From Zestosphaera tikiterensis (GTDB taxonomy: Archaea; Thermoproteota; Thermoprotei_A; Sulfolobales; NBVN01), in NCBI GenBank assembly GCA_003056265.1, contig NBVN01000007.1, forward strand, positions 16,381 to 48,380: a DNA stretch of 32,000 nt. Direction: 5' to 3'. This document shows positions 7,962 through 14,774 of the stretch, in pieces (position 1 is the first letter of the stretch; every line of letters begins with the position of its first letter). The translations under genes were made by a program, and so were the position numbers. The notes under the pieces are model-generated. The model was not told the origin of the DNA. It did not search any database and saw only the letters and a list, made by a program, of their open reading frames with translations.

Positions 7962-8824
7962 GGTCTCCCCCTCGAAAGTCTTCTCTCCCTCTTCAACATG
8001 TAGTATCTACGGTAAGCTGGCGCTACCACCATGTTTGCGAAAGTTCCTGAGACTTCTAGGGGGTATGTCCTCACGATTATTTTGTTGTCGTAAAGCACTC
8101 CTATAGCTTTAAAGTATTCAACTTCAAACCTATCCCTTAAAGGTCTTAAAGACGCTATGAGTTTCTTAGCTTCACTCCACTCGGTTGGTTCTATCGTTGG
8201 TTTAGTAACTACCGTTCCATCTCTTTTAACGTAGGCTAAAGGCGTTAGCAAACCAATCATCGTGGTGTAGCTTTTTGGAAGTCTTGAAGTTTTCTGCATT
8301 ACGTAAAGTGAGCTTATACCTGACACAACTTTATGGGGGTAGGAAAACGCGTCTGATTCAAAACCTGCGAGTGATTTAAAATCAACTTTTTCAGCAACGT
8401 AAACCGCTACGTGTCTAATAAGCTCGTTGATTACGTCGGGTTTAAGCCTGATTTTACTTGGTGTTGTATTTACAACGTCGGCAAGCCTTAAGTCTTCCAT
8501 AGATTTAAAGGCTGACCTAACGTTATCGACCTCATCCGGTTCAAAACCCGGCACTTCATCCTCAGAAATTTCATATAGGTTCATATCCTTCTTTAGGAAG
8601 CCGTAGCTAGCCTTAGCTAAAGAATAAACAAGCACCTTCTCTAGGCTTTTAGAAGTGAAGGGAAGGAAGTAAATTAACCCAGCGAAAAACGAAGAAACGT
8701 CTACATGACCCTGCACAACAGCTTCAAGAGCTACATCAACTGTAATACCCGCAAACCTTCTTAAGGAAACCCATCTCTTATCTATATATCTATAATCCAC
8801 GTAAACTGACAAATGCACCACCAA
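7943..8824 (-). CDS. hypothetical 293-aa protein, first gene of the AAA sub-operon
   Basis: GTG start at 8824. A TATA-like AAAGTTTATAAGCT lies on the minus strand about 20-30 nt upstream. No motif recognised. Confidence 0.7.
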   Translation of the reverse strand: MVVHLSVYVDYRYIDKRWVSLRRFAGITVDVALEAVVQGHVDVSSFFAGLIYFLPFTSKSLEKVLVYSLAKASYGFLKKDMNLYEISEDEVPGFEPDEVDNVRSAFKSMEDLRLADVVNTTPSKIRLKPDVINELIRHVAVYVAEKVDFKSLAGFESDAFSYPHKVVSGISSLYVMQKTSRLPKSYTTMIGLLTPLAYVKRDGTVVTKPTIEPTEWSEAKKLIASLRPLRDRFEVEYFKAIGVLYDNKIIVRTYPLEVSGTFANMVVAPAYRRYYMLKRERRLSRGRPWLNQQ

Positions 8825-8938
8825 TAAGTATTTCTTTTTCGTAGCTTATAAACTTTATATCTAGCTAGTCGTAAAACTCAAAGCAACGTCTTAATTAAAC
8901 TTTATTTTAAGTAGATGAAGAAACAATGCCAAAACCCT

Positions 8939-9115
8939 TTATATTCTATTTATAAGGTATAATACATTGTTTAGTGCTCCAAGTTTGAAGTCGGCTCTAT
9001 TATCTCTCCTTAGTACTTCGTCGAGTGTTCTGCTGAGGTCTTTTCTCAGCTTAATCTTCTCTATTCTTACTTTCTGTATCGCTCCATTTGGTAGGGAGTA
9101 CTCGTATTCACGCAC
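8939..9115 (-). CDS. possible 58-aa ORF between the CRISPR array and the AAA operon (below the track cutoff)
   Basis: GTG at 9115..9113 and stop at 8941..8939. It reads VREYEYSLPNGAIQKVRIEKIKLRKDLSRTLDEVLRRDNRADFKLGALNNVLYLINRI. The reading frame is also open upstream of the GTG. No homology evidence. Confidence 0.25.
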   Translation of the reverse strand: MREYEYSLPNGAIQKVRIEKIKLRKDLSRTLDEVLRRDNRADFKLGALNNVLYLINRI

Positions 9116-9207
9116 TTCCTTCTCCCTACCTAGGTGGTTATAGTTTTTCCCTCAATCTTCAGCTATTAGGACATGAAGTTGAAGTATAGACCTAATCGGA
9201 TGCCACT

Positions 9208-9530
9208 CTTTCAGTCTTTTTCTATTGTTTCGATACCCGAGGTCTCTCAAAGCCCTCATAGTGTCGTAGATCAGCTGCGTCTTTCAGTCTTTTTCGATTG
9301 CTTCGGAGTATGAAGTGCTTGACTACGCCACGAAATACGTGGTGGGGGAGGACACCGCTTTCAGTCTTTTTCTATTACTTCCCTACTTCTTTCGTAGTCT
9401 TGAGGTTCTGCACTACGTGTTGCCTGAGCCATCTTTCAGTCTTTTTCTATTACTTCCCATATCCGCTTCTAATTTCGGCTTCGCCTTCCAGCCTAGACTC
9501 TAATACCTTTCAGTCTTTTTCTATTACTTC
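9208..9530 (-). CRISPR. cas-less CRISPR mini-array with 5 repeats of 24 nt and 4 spacers of 49, 53, 51 and 50 nt
   Basis: Repeats lie at 9208-9231, 9281-9304, 9358-9381, 9433-9456 and 9507-9530. The three rightmost are identical (plus strand CTTTCAGTCTTTTTCTATTACTTC), and the two leftmost each carry 2 mismatches. The reverse complement GAAGTAATAGAAAAAGACTGAAAG ends in GAAAG like crenarchaeal type I-A/III repeats, so transcription is on the minus strand with the leader to the right. A possible further decayed repeat lies at 9137-9160 (13/24 matches, correct spacing). Confidence 0.8.
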
Positions 9531-9658
9531 AAGTTATTGTTTGACGTAGGAGTATTTAAATATTTCCGTGGTGGTTTTCGGAAAGACCATCAAACACCAT
9601 CAGATGCCGACCATCACGTTGTCGGGTCGTAAACGTATGATTTATACTCCAGTTGTTA

Positions 9659-9682
9659 GAAGCAATCATAAAAGACTGAAAG
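9659..9682 (+). repeat. orphan CRISPR repeat in the opposite orientation to the array
   Basis: GAAGCAATCATAAAAGACTGAAAG on the plus strand matches the reverse complement of repeat 2 at 22/24 and the consensus at 20/24. It is separated from repeat 5 by 128 nt. Confidence 0.65.
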
Positions 9683-9763
9683 GAATCATCTAGTTAAATC
9701 GGATTAAGTCCGATTACCGGACACTTCACGTGTGCTTTGATGGACACCCCCTATAACCCCCTA

Positions 9764-9771
9764 TTTAAATA
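9764..9771 (+). promoter_or_regulatory. TATA box TTTAAATA within the conserved 13-mer TTAAATACTGTCC
   Basis: It sits 34-41 nt upstream of the ATG at 9805. The identical 13-mer occurs at 16511..16523. Confidence 0.45.
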
Positions 9772-9804
9772 CTGTCCGGTTACCGGATTAAGTGGGGTGA
9801 GTAC

Positions 9805-9966
9805 ATGACGAAAGGAGGAGAATCTATCTCTCCGCGGTTAATGCGTTCGGTTTACGCCACGTATAAAATCATATGCGGGCACGGCAGTATTAAGCTCGCA
9901 GATCTGGAAGTTCTGCAAGAACCTCAAAAAACTTGTAACAGAAAGGCTGTTTTTCTACTTAAATAA
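9805..9966 (+). CDS. possible 53-aa ORF (below the track cutoff)
   Basis: ATG at 9805 is preceded by GGTGA about 7 nt upstream and by the TATA box at 9764, and the stop is at 9964..9966. It reads MTKGGESISPRLMRSVYATYKIICGHGSIKLADLEVLQEPQKTCNRKAVFLLK. Confidence 0.35.
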   Translation: MTKGGESISPRLMRSVYATYKIICGHGSIKLADLEVLQEPQKTCNRKAVFLLK

Positions 9967-9981
9967 CTAAACTAATGTAAT

Positions 9982-10083
9982 TAGATTTTCTGGGTTTTAG
10001 GCATGAGAGTAAGCATACACTCTAGTAGAGTGTAAATTTACACTTAGGAAGGATTAGCTTTTCGAGAGCAAGCCTGAAAAATC
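9982..10083 (-). repeat. copy L of a ~100-nt element: TAGATTTTC, then palindrome GTGTAAATTTACAC, then ATTAGCTTTTC, then TGAAAAATC
   Basis: The reverse complement aligns with 23540..23649 and shares exact runs of 22 nt (ATTTACACTCTACTAGAGTGTA), 13 nt (GAAAAGCTAATCC) and 9 nt (GAAAATCTA). The strand label is relative to copy R. Confidence 0.75.
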
Positions 10084-10145
10084 ATTAAGGGTATTGCTTT
10101 TCCGTTGTTTCCCAACAGCCCCTAATACAGGAATATTAATGGTTT

Positions 10146-10266
10146 CATTATAACTGGGGTTAAAGGGGAAGCATTATAACGGGAATTATAGAGAAAACCA
10201 CTATAACTCTAGTTAATATGCACGCGCTGAAGCCGCTTTTTAAACCCCTGCATATTATAGTGGGGG
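10146..10266 (+). repeat. five iteron-like copies of (C)ATTATA(A/G)(C) upstream of the wHTH gene
   Basis: CATTATAAC lies at 10146 and 10172, ATTATAG at 10185, CACTATAAC at 10199 and ATTATAG at 10254. The first and last copies are followed by TGGGG. A TTTTTAAA TATA-like box lies at about 10237. Confidence 0.55.
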
Positions 10267-10291
10267 CGCGTTCACCCCAAGCTGGAGGTGA

Positions 10292-11320
10292 GTGAGGAGA
10301 GGTGGGGATGGGGTGTCCACGCGGTTCGATGTTGGGAATTATGTAGGCGAGGGTGTGGGGAGGAGGACGCACGCGACTGAGGATCCGCTGGAAGAAGCGC
10401 GGAGGCTGTACAGGGAGAAGGGGATCAGCTACACGCTGTGGTGGTTCATCAGAGAGATATGGGCTAGGCGTAGGCACGCGGTAAAGTTCGAAGACCTATT
10501 CAGGTTGCACCAGTACATCGCAGGTGCCCGGAGTAAGAACTCAACTAGAAAGGCGCTGAAGCGGTTGGAGGAATACGGGCTGATAGAGAACCTAGGCGAC
10601 GGGTACTACAAACCGCTTATCATGGATCAGGCAATAGTCGAAGGTTCCATAGACTTTAGCAGAATTAGAACAAGGGATCAGGTGTTAAGGAATCGCAAGG
10701 ACGCTGTTGAAACGTCCATGCAGCTGAAGGATATGCCTAGGGAGTTGATGCCTGTGGTTAAAGAAGCACAGAAGCTGATAGAGCGGGGCGATAAGTGGAA
10801 GGCGGTAGACCTAATAGCACACACGTTATTACCAATCCGCAAAACCGGAGTCCTTATAGCTAGGAAGGACGACCTGTTTTTATATTATGAGAGGAAGACG
10901 GATAAGATGCACATGATAAGGAGCTGGCGACTCACAGCACTACTAGACTTTCTAGGAATAAAAGATGAAGTACTAGTCGCACACAGACACAGCGAGGCCG
11001 ACGGCATTATCCGCAAGTTATTCGGTTCACACGACAACGCCCGGAGGCTACACTACTTACTAAAGGAGAGGGGCTGGTTCGAATACCCGGCTGAAAACTA
11101 TTTCTATAGAATCTTCGAGAACCCCATGACCCACGACTGGTGGATCTCGGTCTACAAGCTAAACAGAGAAACAGACAGAATGGAAGAAGACCTCAGAGTA
11201 GAGGTCGGCAGAAGCGCAATCACGGGGATTCAGGTGAAGGCCGGCACAATAGTGACGAGGGAGCACATTAAAAAAGAGAATGAAGACACATATTTCCGCC
11301 GCACGAAGGGGTGGATCTAG
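10292..11320 (+). CDS. winged-helix DNA-binding protein with a ~200-aa C-terminal domain of unknown function
   Basis: 342-aa ORF with a GTG start, so the true start is uncertain. STRKALKRLEEYGLIENLGDGYYKPL is a typical wHTH wing. G+C is visibly higher than in flanking DNA. Confidence 0.75.
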   Translation: MRRGGDGVSTRFDVGNYVGEGVGRRTHATEDPLEEARRLYREKGISYTLWWFIREIWARRRHAVKFEDLFRLHQYIAGARSKNSTRKALKRLEEYGLIENLGDGYYKPLIMDQAIVEGSIDFSRIRTRDQVLRNRKDAVETSMQLKDMPRELMPVVKEAQKLIERGDKWKAVDLIAHTLLPIRKTGVLIARKDDLFLYYERKTDKMHMIRSWRLTALLDFLGIKDEVLVAHRHSEADGIIRKLFGSHDNARRLHYLLKERGWFEYPAENYFYRIFENPMTHDWWISVYKLNRETDRMEEDLRVEVGRSAITGIQVKAGTIVTREHIKKENEDTYFRRTKGWI

Positions 11321-11368
11321 CTCTGAAGTGGCATAAAGAATGGAGTATCAGGCACTCCTTTCATTGTT

Positions 11369-11575
11369 TTAATGGGTTCTGAATTCCGGTTTGGACAATA
11401 TCAGTATTCCTAATACTAGTACTAGGGTTTGGAACATGGCAATGAACCCCGCTGGTAGATTCCCCGCAATAGCTTCAGAGATAGATTCAAAGTACTGAGC
11501 TTGATGTGAATCACTGCCGCCGTTAATCTGGGTACCGGGATCAGATTGCCTCCCAGATGATGAGATTGGCTTCAC
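11369..11575 (-). CDS. possible 68-aa protein with a C-terminal TM helix, downstream of the M48 protease
   Basis: GTG start 43 nt after the protease stop. The C-terminus FIAMFQTLVLVLGILILS is hydrophobic. No other support. Confidence 0.3.
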   Translation of the reverse strand: MKPISSSGRQSDPGTQINGGSDSHQAQYFESISEAIAGNLPAGFIAMFQTLVLVLGILILSKPEFRTH

Positions 11576-11617
11576 TATGCTCTGAGTATCTTAATAGTAC
11601 TTGAGGTTCTGCTTGTC

Positions 11618-12622
11618 TTAGTGTACTGGTTTTCCTTTCTGCTCTTTGTCGGGGGTGCCGAGTTCTATCCTTGTGTGATACGTCATTAGCAAGGCTAGAC
11701 GTAGCGGTAAAGGTGGGTGAGTATAGTAAAAGGGGTTTATAATCAGGTCTAGGATCCATTTTGGGAAGTTCCAGCTGTATTTCAGTAGTGTGTTATATAT
11801 TTGCTTAGGCGTGGCTGAAGCAGTAATGACGTCTATTATCTCTTTTGCTTCCTTTATTTTTACGTTGTCTATGAATGATGAGTACCTTCTCAACGAACCA
11901 TATACATAAGTTTTTATTAATGCTGCCATAAAGGGTTGTAAACCAGACTTTAGAAGTGCTTCCCTATCGCACTCGTGCTCATTAACCCAGCTAATCACTG
12001 TTGCGGAGAGGGTTATGGCAGCTTCGGAAAACACTAAATATAGAATTGTTAACATAGATATAAGTGAAATTTCACGTAAGAGAGTTATCAGAAGGGCTAT
12101 GCCTGTTACCGCATAAAGCCAAGAATAATCTATAAAAGACGTAAATAAACCAAGCTTACGATGCTTCGCATGACCCGATTCATGGTGTATAACTGCTTTG
12201 AGTTCTTCTTCGGAAAGCACTTCTTTAAGACGGGAGGAAACACATATTATCTTGCCCCGATAGTCATACCAAGCATTTGCGACGTCGCTGCGACAAACGA
12301 TATATTTAATTCCGTCTAACTCCTCCTCTTTTCTTTCTAAGCACCTGAGGCTAAAACGCAACCTTATTGCACGTACCAATACTGCCATCACAAACAGTAC
12401 AACTACTAATATTATGATCGACTGTAGTACTAACAGCACGACGCATAAAAATAAGGCAAAAACAGCTACAGAAAACGCGATGGCTCTCTTCCTTGCTACC
12501 TGAGGATTACCGCCGAAAACGTAACTTCGATAATGCTGTGATAATTCATAGAGAAAGAACAAGTACGCTATGGCTTGAGCGAAAGCAGCTACAGTTATGG
12601 ATAACAGGTCGAGACTATCCAC
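11618..12622 (-). CDS. membrane zinc metalloprotease, M48 (HtpX/Ste24-like) family
   Basis: 334 aa. There are several N-terminal TM helices, the HExxH motif in VIHHESGHAKH, further TM helices, and the C-terminal YTHPPLPLR matching the M48 THPxxxxR motif. Confidence 0.85.
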   Translation of the reverse strand: MDSLDLLSITVAAFAQAIAYLFFLYELSQHYRSYVFGGNPQVARKRAIAFSVAVFALFLCVVLLVLQSIIILVVVLFVMAVLVRAIRLRFSLRCLERKEEELDGIKYIVCRSDVANAWYDYRGKIICVSSRLKEVLSEEELKAVIHHESGHAKHRKLGLFTSFIDYSWLYAVTGIALLITLLREISLISMLTILYLVFSEAAITLSATVISWVNEHECDREALLKSGLQPFMAALIKTYVYGSLRRYSSFIDNVKIKEAKEIIDVITASATPKQIYNTLLKYSWNFPKWILDLIINPFYYTHPPLPLRLALLMTYHTRIELGTPDKEQKGKPVH

Positions 12623-13126
12623 CCTATCACCTTTACCTGATTACTCAGGTTACTAGACGATACTACCACCTGCATGTTAATTACAGCACCGTAATCGACC
12701 CTCCCGCTTACCTCAAACTTAGTCTCACTCATGGTACCACGTGTTCTTGAAGGTTTCAAACATATATATGCGTGGTCATGCGTGAGGACGTCCCAAAATA
12801 CACACCCATGGTTTGGCTAAAACAGTAAGAGTACCGCAAAACTAAAGACCTAACCGAAAAACAGTCCCGCAACCACCTTAAGAAAGTGCCGAAACGATAC
12901 CGCACACCGTGAAATCAACGAATATAAAGTACGTATGTATGTGGTTCGTATACGACATAGAACTCGCTAAACCGCAACGCCATACCCTCCCTTCAGGTAG
13001 ATGTAAATTTACACTTATGTATGAAGCCGATCGCAAATCTCTTAAGCATGGAATTAAAACTGGCAGCAACATTTTGCGATATAGCTCAAATGTTGCAGAT
13101 GCACCTACACCTAAGTGAAACCATGC

Positions 13127-13145
13127 CTTTGATAAGCTTAACAAA
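13127..13145. promoter_or_regulatory. copy a of the TTGATAAGCTTA(T/A)CAA motif (CTTTGATAAGCTTAACAAA)
   Basis: The 19-mer is identical to the one at 19851..19869. It lies 77 nt upstream of the 13222 start codon. Confidence 0.6.
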
Positions 13146-13221
13146 ATAAAGTTAAGTATGAGCTATGTAGCGACATGTTTATAAGCTTCTATAACACTAT
13201 AGTATATAGGGGATTAGGCTT

Positions 13222-13557
13222 ATGGTGATAAGTGGTATAGGGTTATCTACACCAGAAGAGCCTAAAGACGTTAAGAACTTCATAAAGTCCGTAAGAGCAG
13301 GACTTGGCGAAAGTCCCAATATGGACTACGACTCTCTCGCTGTTTGGAGTTTCAATAGACTTCCCAAATATCTCTGGAAGCTCTGGGGGGATGAGTTGAT
13401 AAAGAGGGGTATTACATGGCAGAAGTTTCTAAGGATTTTGAAGCTCCATACTATAGATATTGTAGAGTGGGCGTTAAGGGATTCACTAAGCTGGGAGGAG
13501 CTTGTTAAAAGGATCGAGAAGAGCATTGATAGTTATTCGAGGAGTGGGAATAGATAA
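13222..13557 (+). CDS. hypothetical 111-aa protein, first gene of the methyltransferase operon
   Basis: Its stop and the MTase start share TAATG (1-nt overlap at 13557). No HTH or other motif recognised. Confidence 0.6.
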   Translation: MVISGIGLSTPEEPKDVKNFIKSVRAGLGESPNMDYDSLAVWSFNRLPKYLWKLWGDELIKRGITWQKFLRILKLHTIDIVEWALRDSLSWEELVKRIEKSIDSYSRSGNR

Positions 13558-14774
13558 TGGGTTGTGCGTACCATGTAAAAGATATGCATTTAGTCAGACT
13601 GACTTACCCTGGAAAGATTAGCAAAGAGGAACTCTATAAAATAGTGCAACCTGCAGAATTAAAGGTCGTGAAGGAGTTTAGAGTAGGCAAGCCACTTATA
13701 GATGATGGTTGGAGAAACATGCTGATACTAGGAGATAATCTTCCCGTTCTTAAAGCTCTTCTACAAGATGATAGAATTCGTGGAAAGGTTAGACTCATAT
13801 ACATAGATCCACCCTTCGGTACAGGATCTATTTACCGCGGTAAGAGGCATATAAGTGCAAGCTCAGAGGATGAAATAGCTTATCAAGATATGTCGCTAAG
13901 CCCAGAATACCTAGAGTTCCTGCGAAGGAGATTAATATTTCTATACAATTTGTTAGCCGAAGATGGATCTATATATGTTCACATGGATGTAGATGCTATA
14001 CACTATGTGAAGGTGTTAATGGATGAAATATTCGGCATAGAGAATTTTGCAAATGATATAGCCAGAGTTAAATGTAACCCAAAAAACTTTGAGAGAAGAG
14101 CTTACGGGAATATTAGAGATTCGATACTCTTTTACGCTAAGAACTATGGAAAAAATGTATGGAATGAGCCTAGAGAGCCTTATACAGAAGAGGAAATTGA
14201 GAGACTCTTTCCTAAAGTGGATAAAGATGGCAGAAGATATACCACAGTACCTCTACACGCTCCTGGCGAAACAAAGAATGGCCCTACAGGTCAATCTTGG
14301 AGAGGGATCAAACCACCGCCTGGGAGGCATTGGAGATATCCTCCAGAAGTCCTAGATGAATTAGATAGAAGGGGTCTTATTGAGTGGAGTAGCACAGGCA
14401 ACCCTAGACTTAAGATATATGCTGATGAATACGTAAAGAGAGGTAAGAGAATACAAGATGTGTGGCTGAACTATAAGGATCCAGTCTATCCTGAATATCC
14501 TACAGAGAAAAACTTAGAAATGGTTATGAAGATTGTTGAAGTGTCTAGTAATGTTGGAGATATTGTATTGGACGCATTCTGCGGCTCAGGCACCTTGGCT
14601 GTCGCAGCTGAGAAGCTAGGCAGGAAGTGGATATGTATAGACATTTCACCGCTTGCTATAGAGATAGGTTTGAAAAGAATATTGGAGCTCAAGACTTATA
14701 GACCCTTTGTACTAGTTAATGCTACTGGTAGAGAGTTACCTGAAAGGCTGAGAAAGTTCCTCGAAGGTATCTAG
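13557..14774 (+). CDS. beta-class DNA methyltransferase (N6-adenine or N4-cytosine)
   Basis: 405 aa. Motif IV IYIDPPFG precedes motif I VLDAFCGSGT, which lies near the C-terminus. This circular permutation is typical of the N6_N4 MTase family (M.PvuII/M.RsrI type). Confidence 0.9.
   Translation: MGCAYHVKDMHLVRLTYPGKISKEELYKIVQPAELKVVKEFRVGKPLIDDGWRNMLILGDNLPVLKALLQDDRIRGKVRLIYIDPPFGTGSIYRGKRHISASSEDEIAYQDMSLSPEYLEFLRRRLIFLYNLLAEDGSIYVHMDVDAIHYVKVLMDEIFGIENFANDIARVKCNPKNFERRAYGNIRDSILFYAKNYGKNVWNEPREPYTEEEIERLFPKVDKDGRRYTTVPLHAPGETKNGPTGQSWRGIKPPPGRHWRYPPEVLDELDRRGLIEWSSTGNPRLKIYADEYVKRGKRIQDVWLNYKDPVYPEYPTEKNLEMVMKIVEVSSNVGDIVLDAFCGSGTLAVAAEKLGRKWICIDISPLAIEIGLKRILELKTYRPFVLVNATGRELPERLRKFLEGI

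Noticed and set aside
9298-9549. ORFs 9298..9549 and 9315..9503
   Set aside because: They run across the CRISPR repeats. The repeated peptide SVFFYYFP / FSLFLLLP is just the translated repeat.
10160-10477. Minus-strand ORF 10160..10477 (P/R-rich)
   Set aside because: It is antisense to the GC-rich 5' part of the wHTH gene. Open frames of this kind are expected in GC-rich DNA.
11554-11600. Possible C/D-box sRNA (ATGATGA ... CTGA)
   Set aside because: The spacing between the C-like box and CTGA is about 18 nt rather than about 12. No C'/D' or terminal D box and no terminal stem could be found.
11541-11759. Minus-strand ORF 11541..11759
   Set aside because: It overlaps the 3' end of the M48 protease gene out of frame. 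Its R/P/T-rich sequence has no features.
12493-12750. Plus-strand ORF 12493..12750
   Set aside because: It is antisense to the protease N-terminus and the promoter region, with no support.
12909-13118. Plus-strand 69-aa ORF whose MWFVYDIE start looked Cas2/VapD-like
   Set aside because: Only the first beta-strand-like heptad resembles Cas2, and the remainder does not follow the ferredoxin-fold pattern. The ORF also contains the GTGTAAATTTACAC-type palindrome, so it is more likely regulatory DNA.
12878-13144. Minus-strand ORF 12878..13144 starting MLSLSK, the same N-terminus as ORF 19539..19868
   Set aside because: The shared MLSLSK is the translation of the repeated DNA motif TTGTTAAGCTTATCAAAG (TTG read as the start). 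The similarity is therefore at the DNA-site level, not a protein family. The rest of the ORF has no support.
14089-14692. ORFs 14089..14355 (+) and 14486..14692 (-) inside the methyltransferase gene
   Set aside because: They are alternative-frame and antisense ORFs within a gene whose frame is fixed by motifs IV and I.
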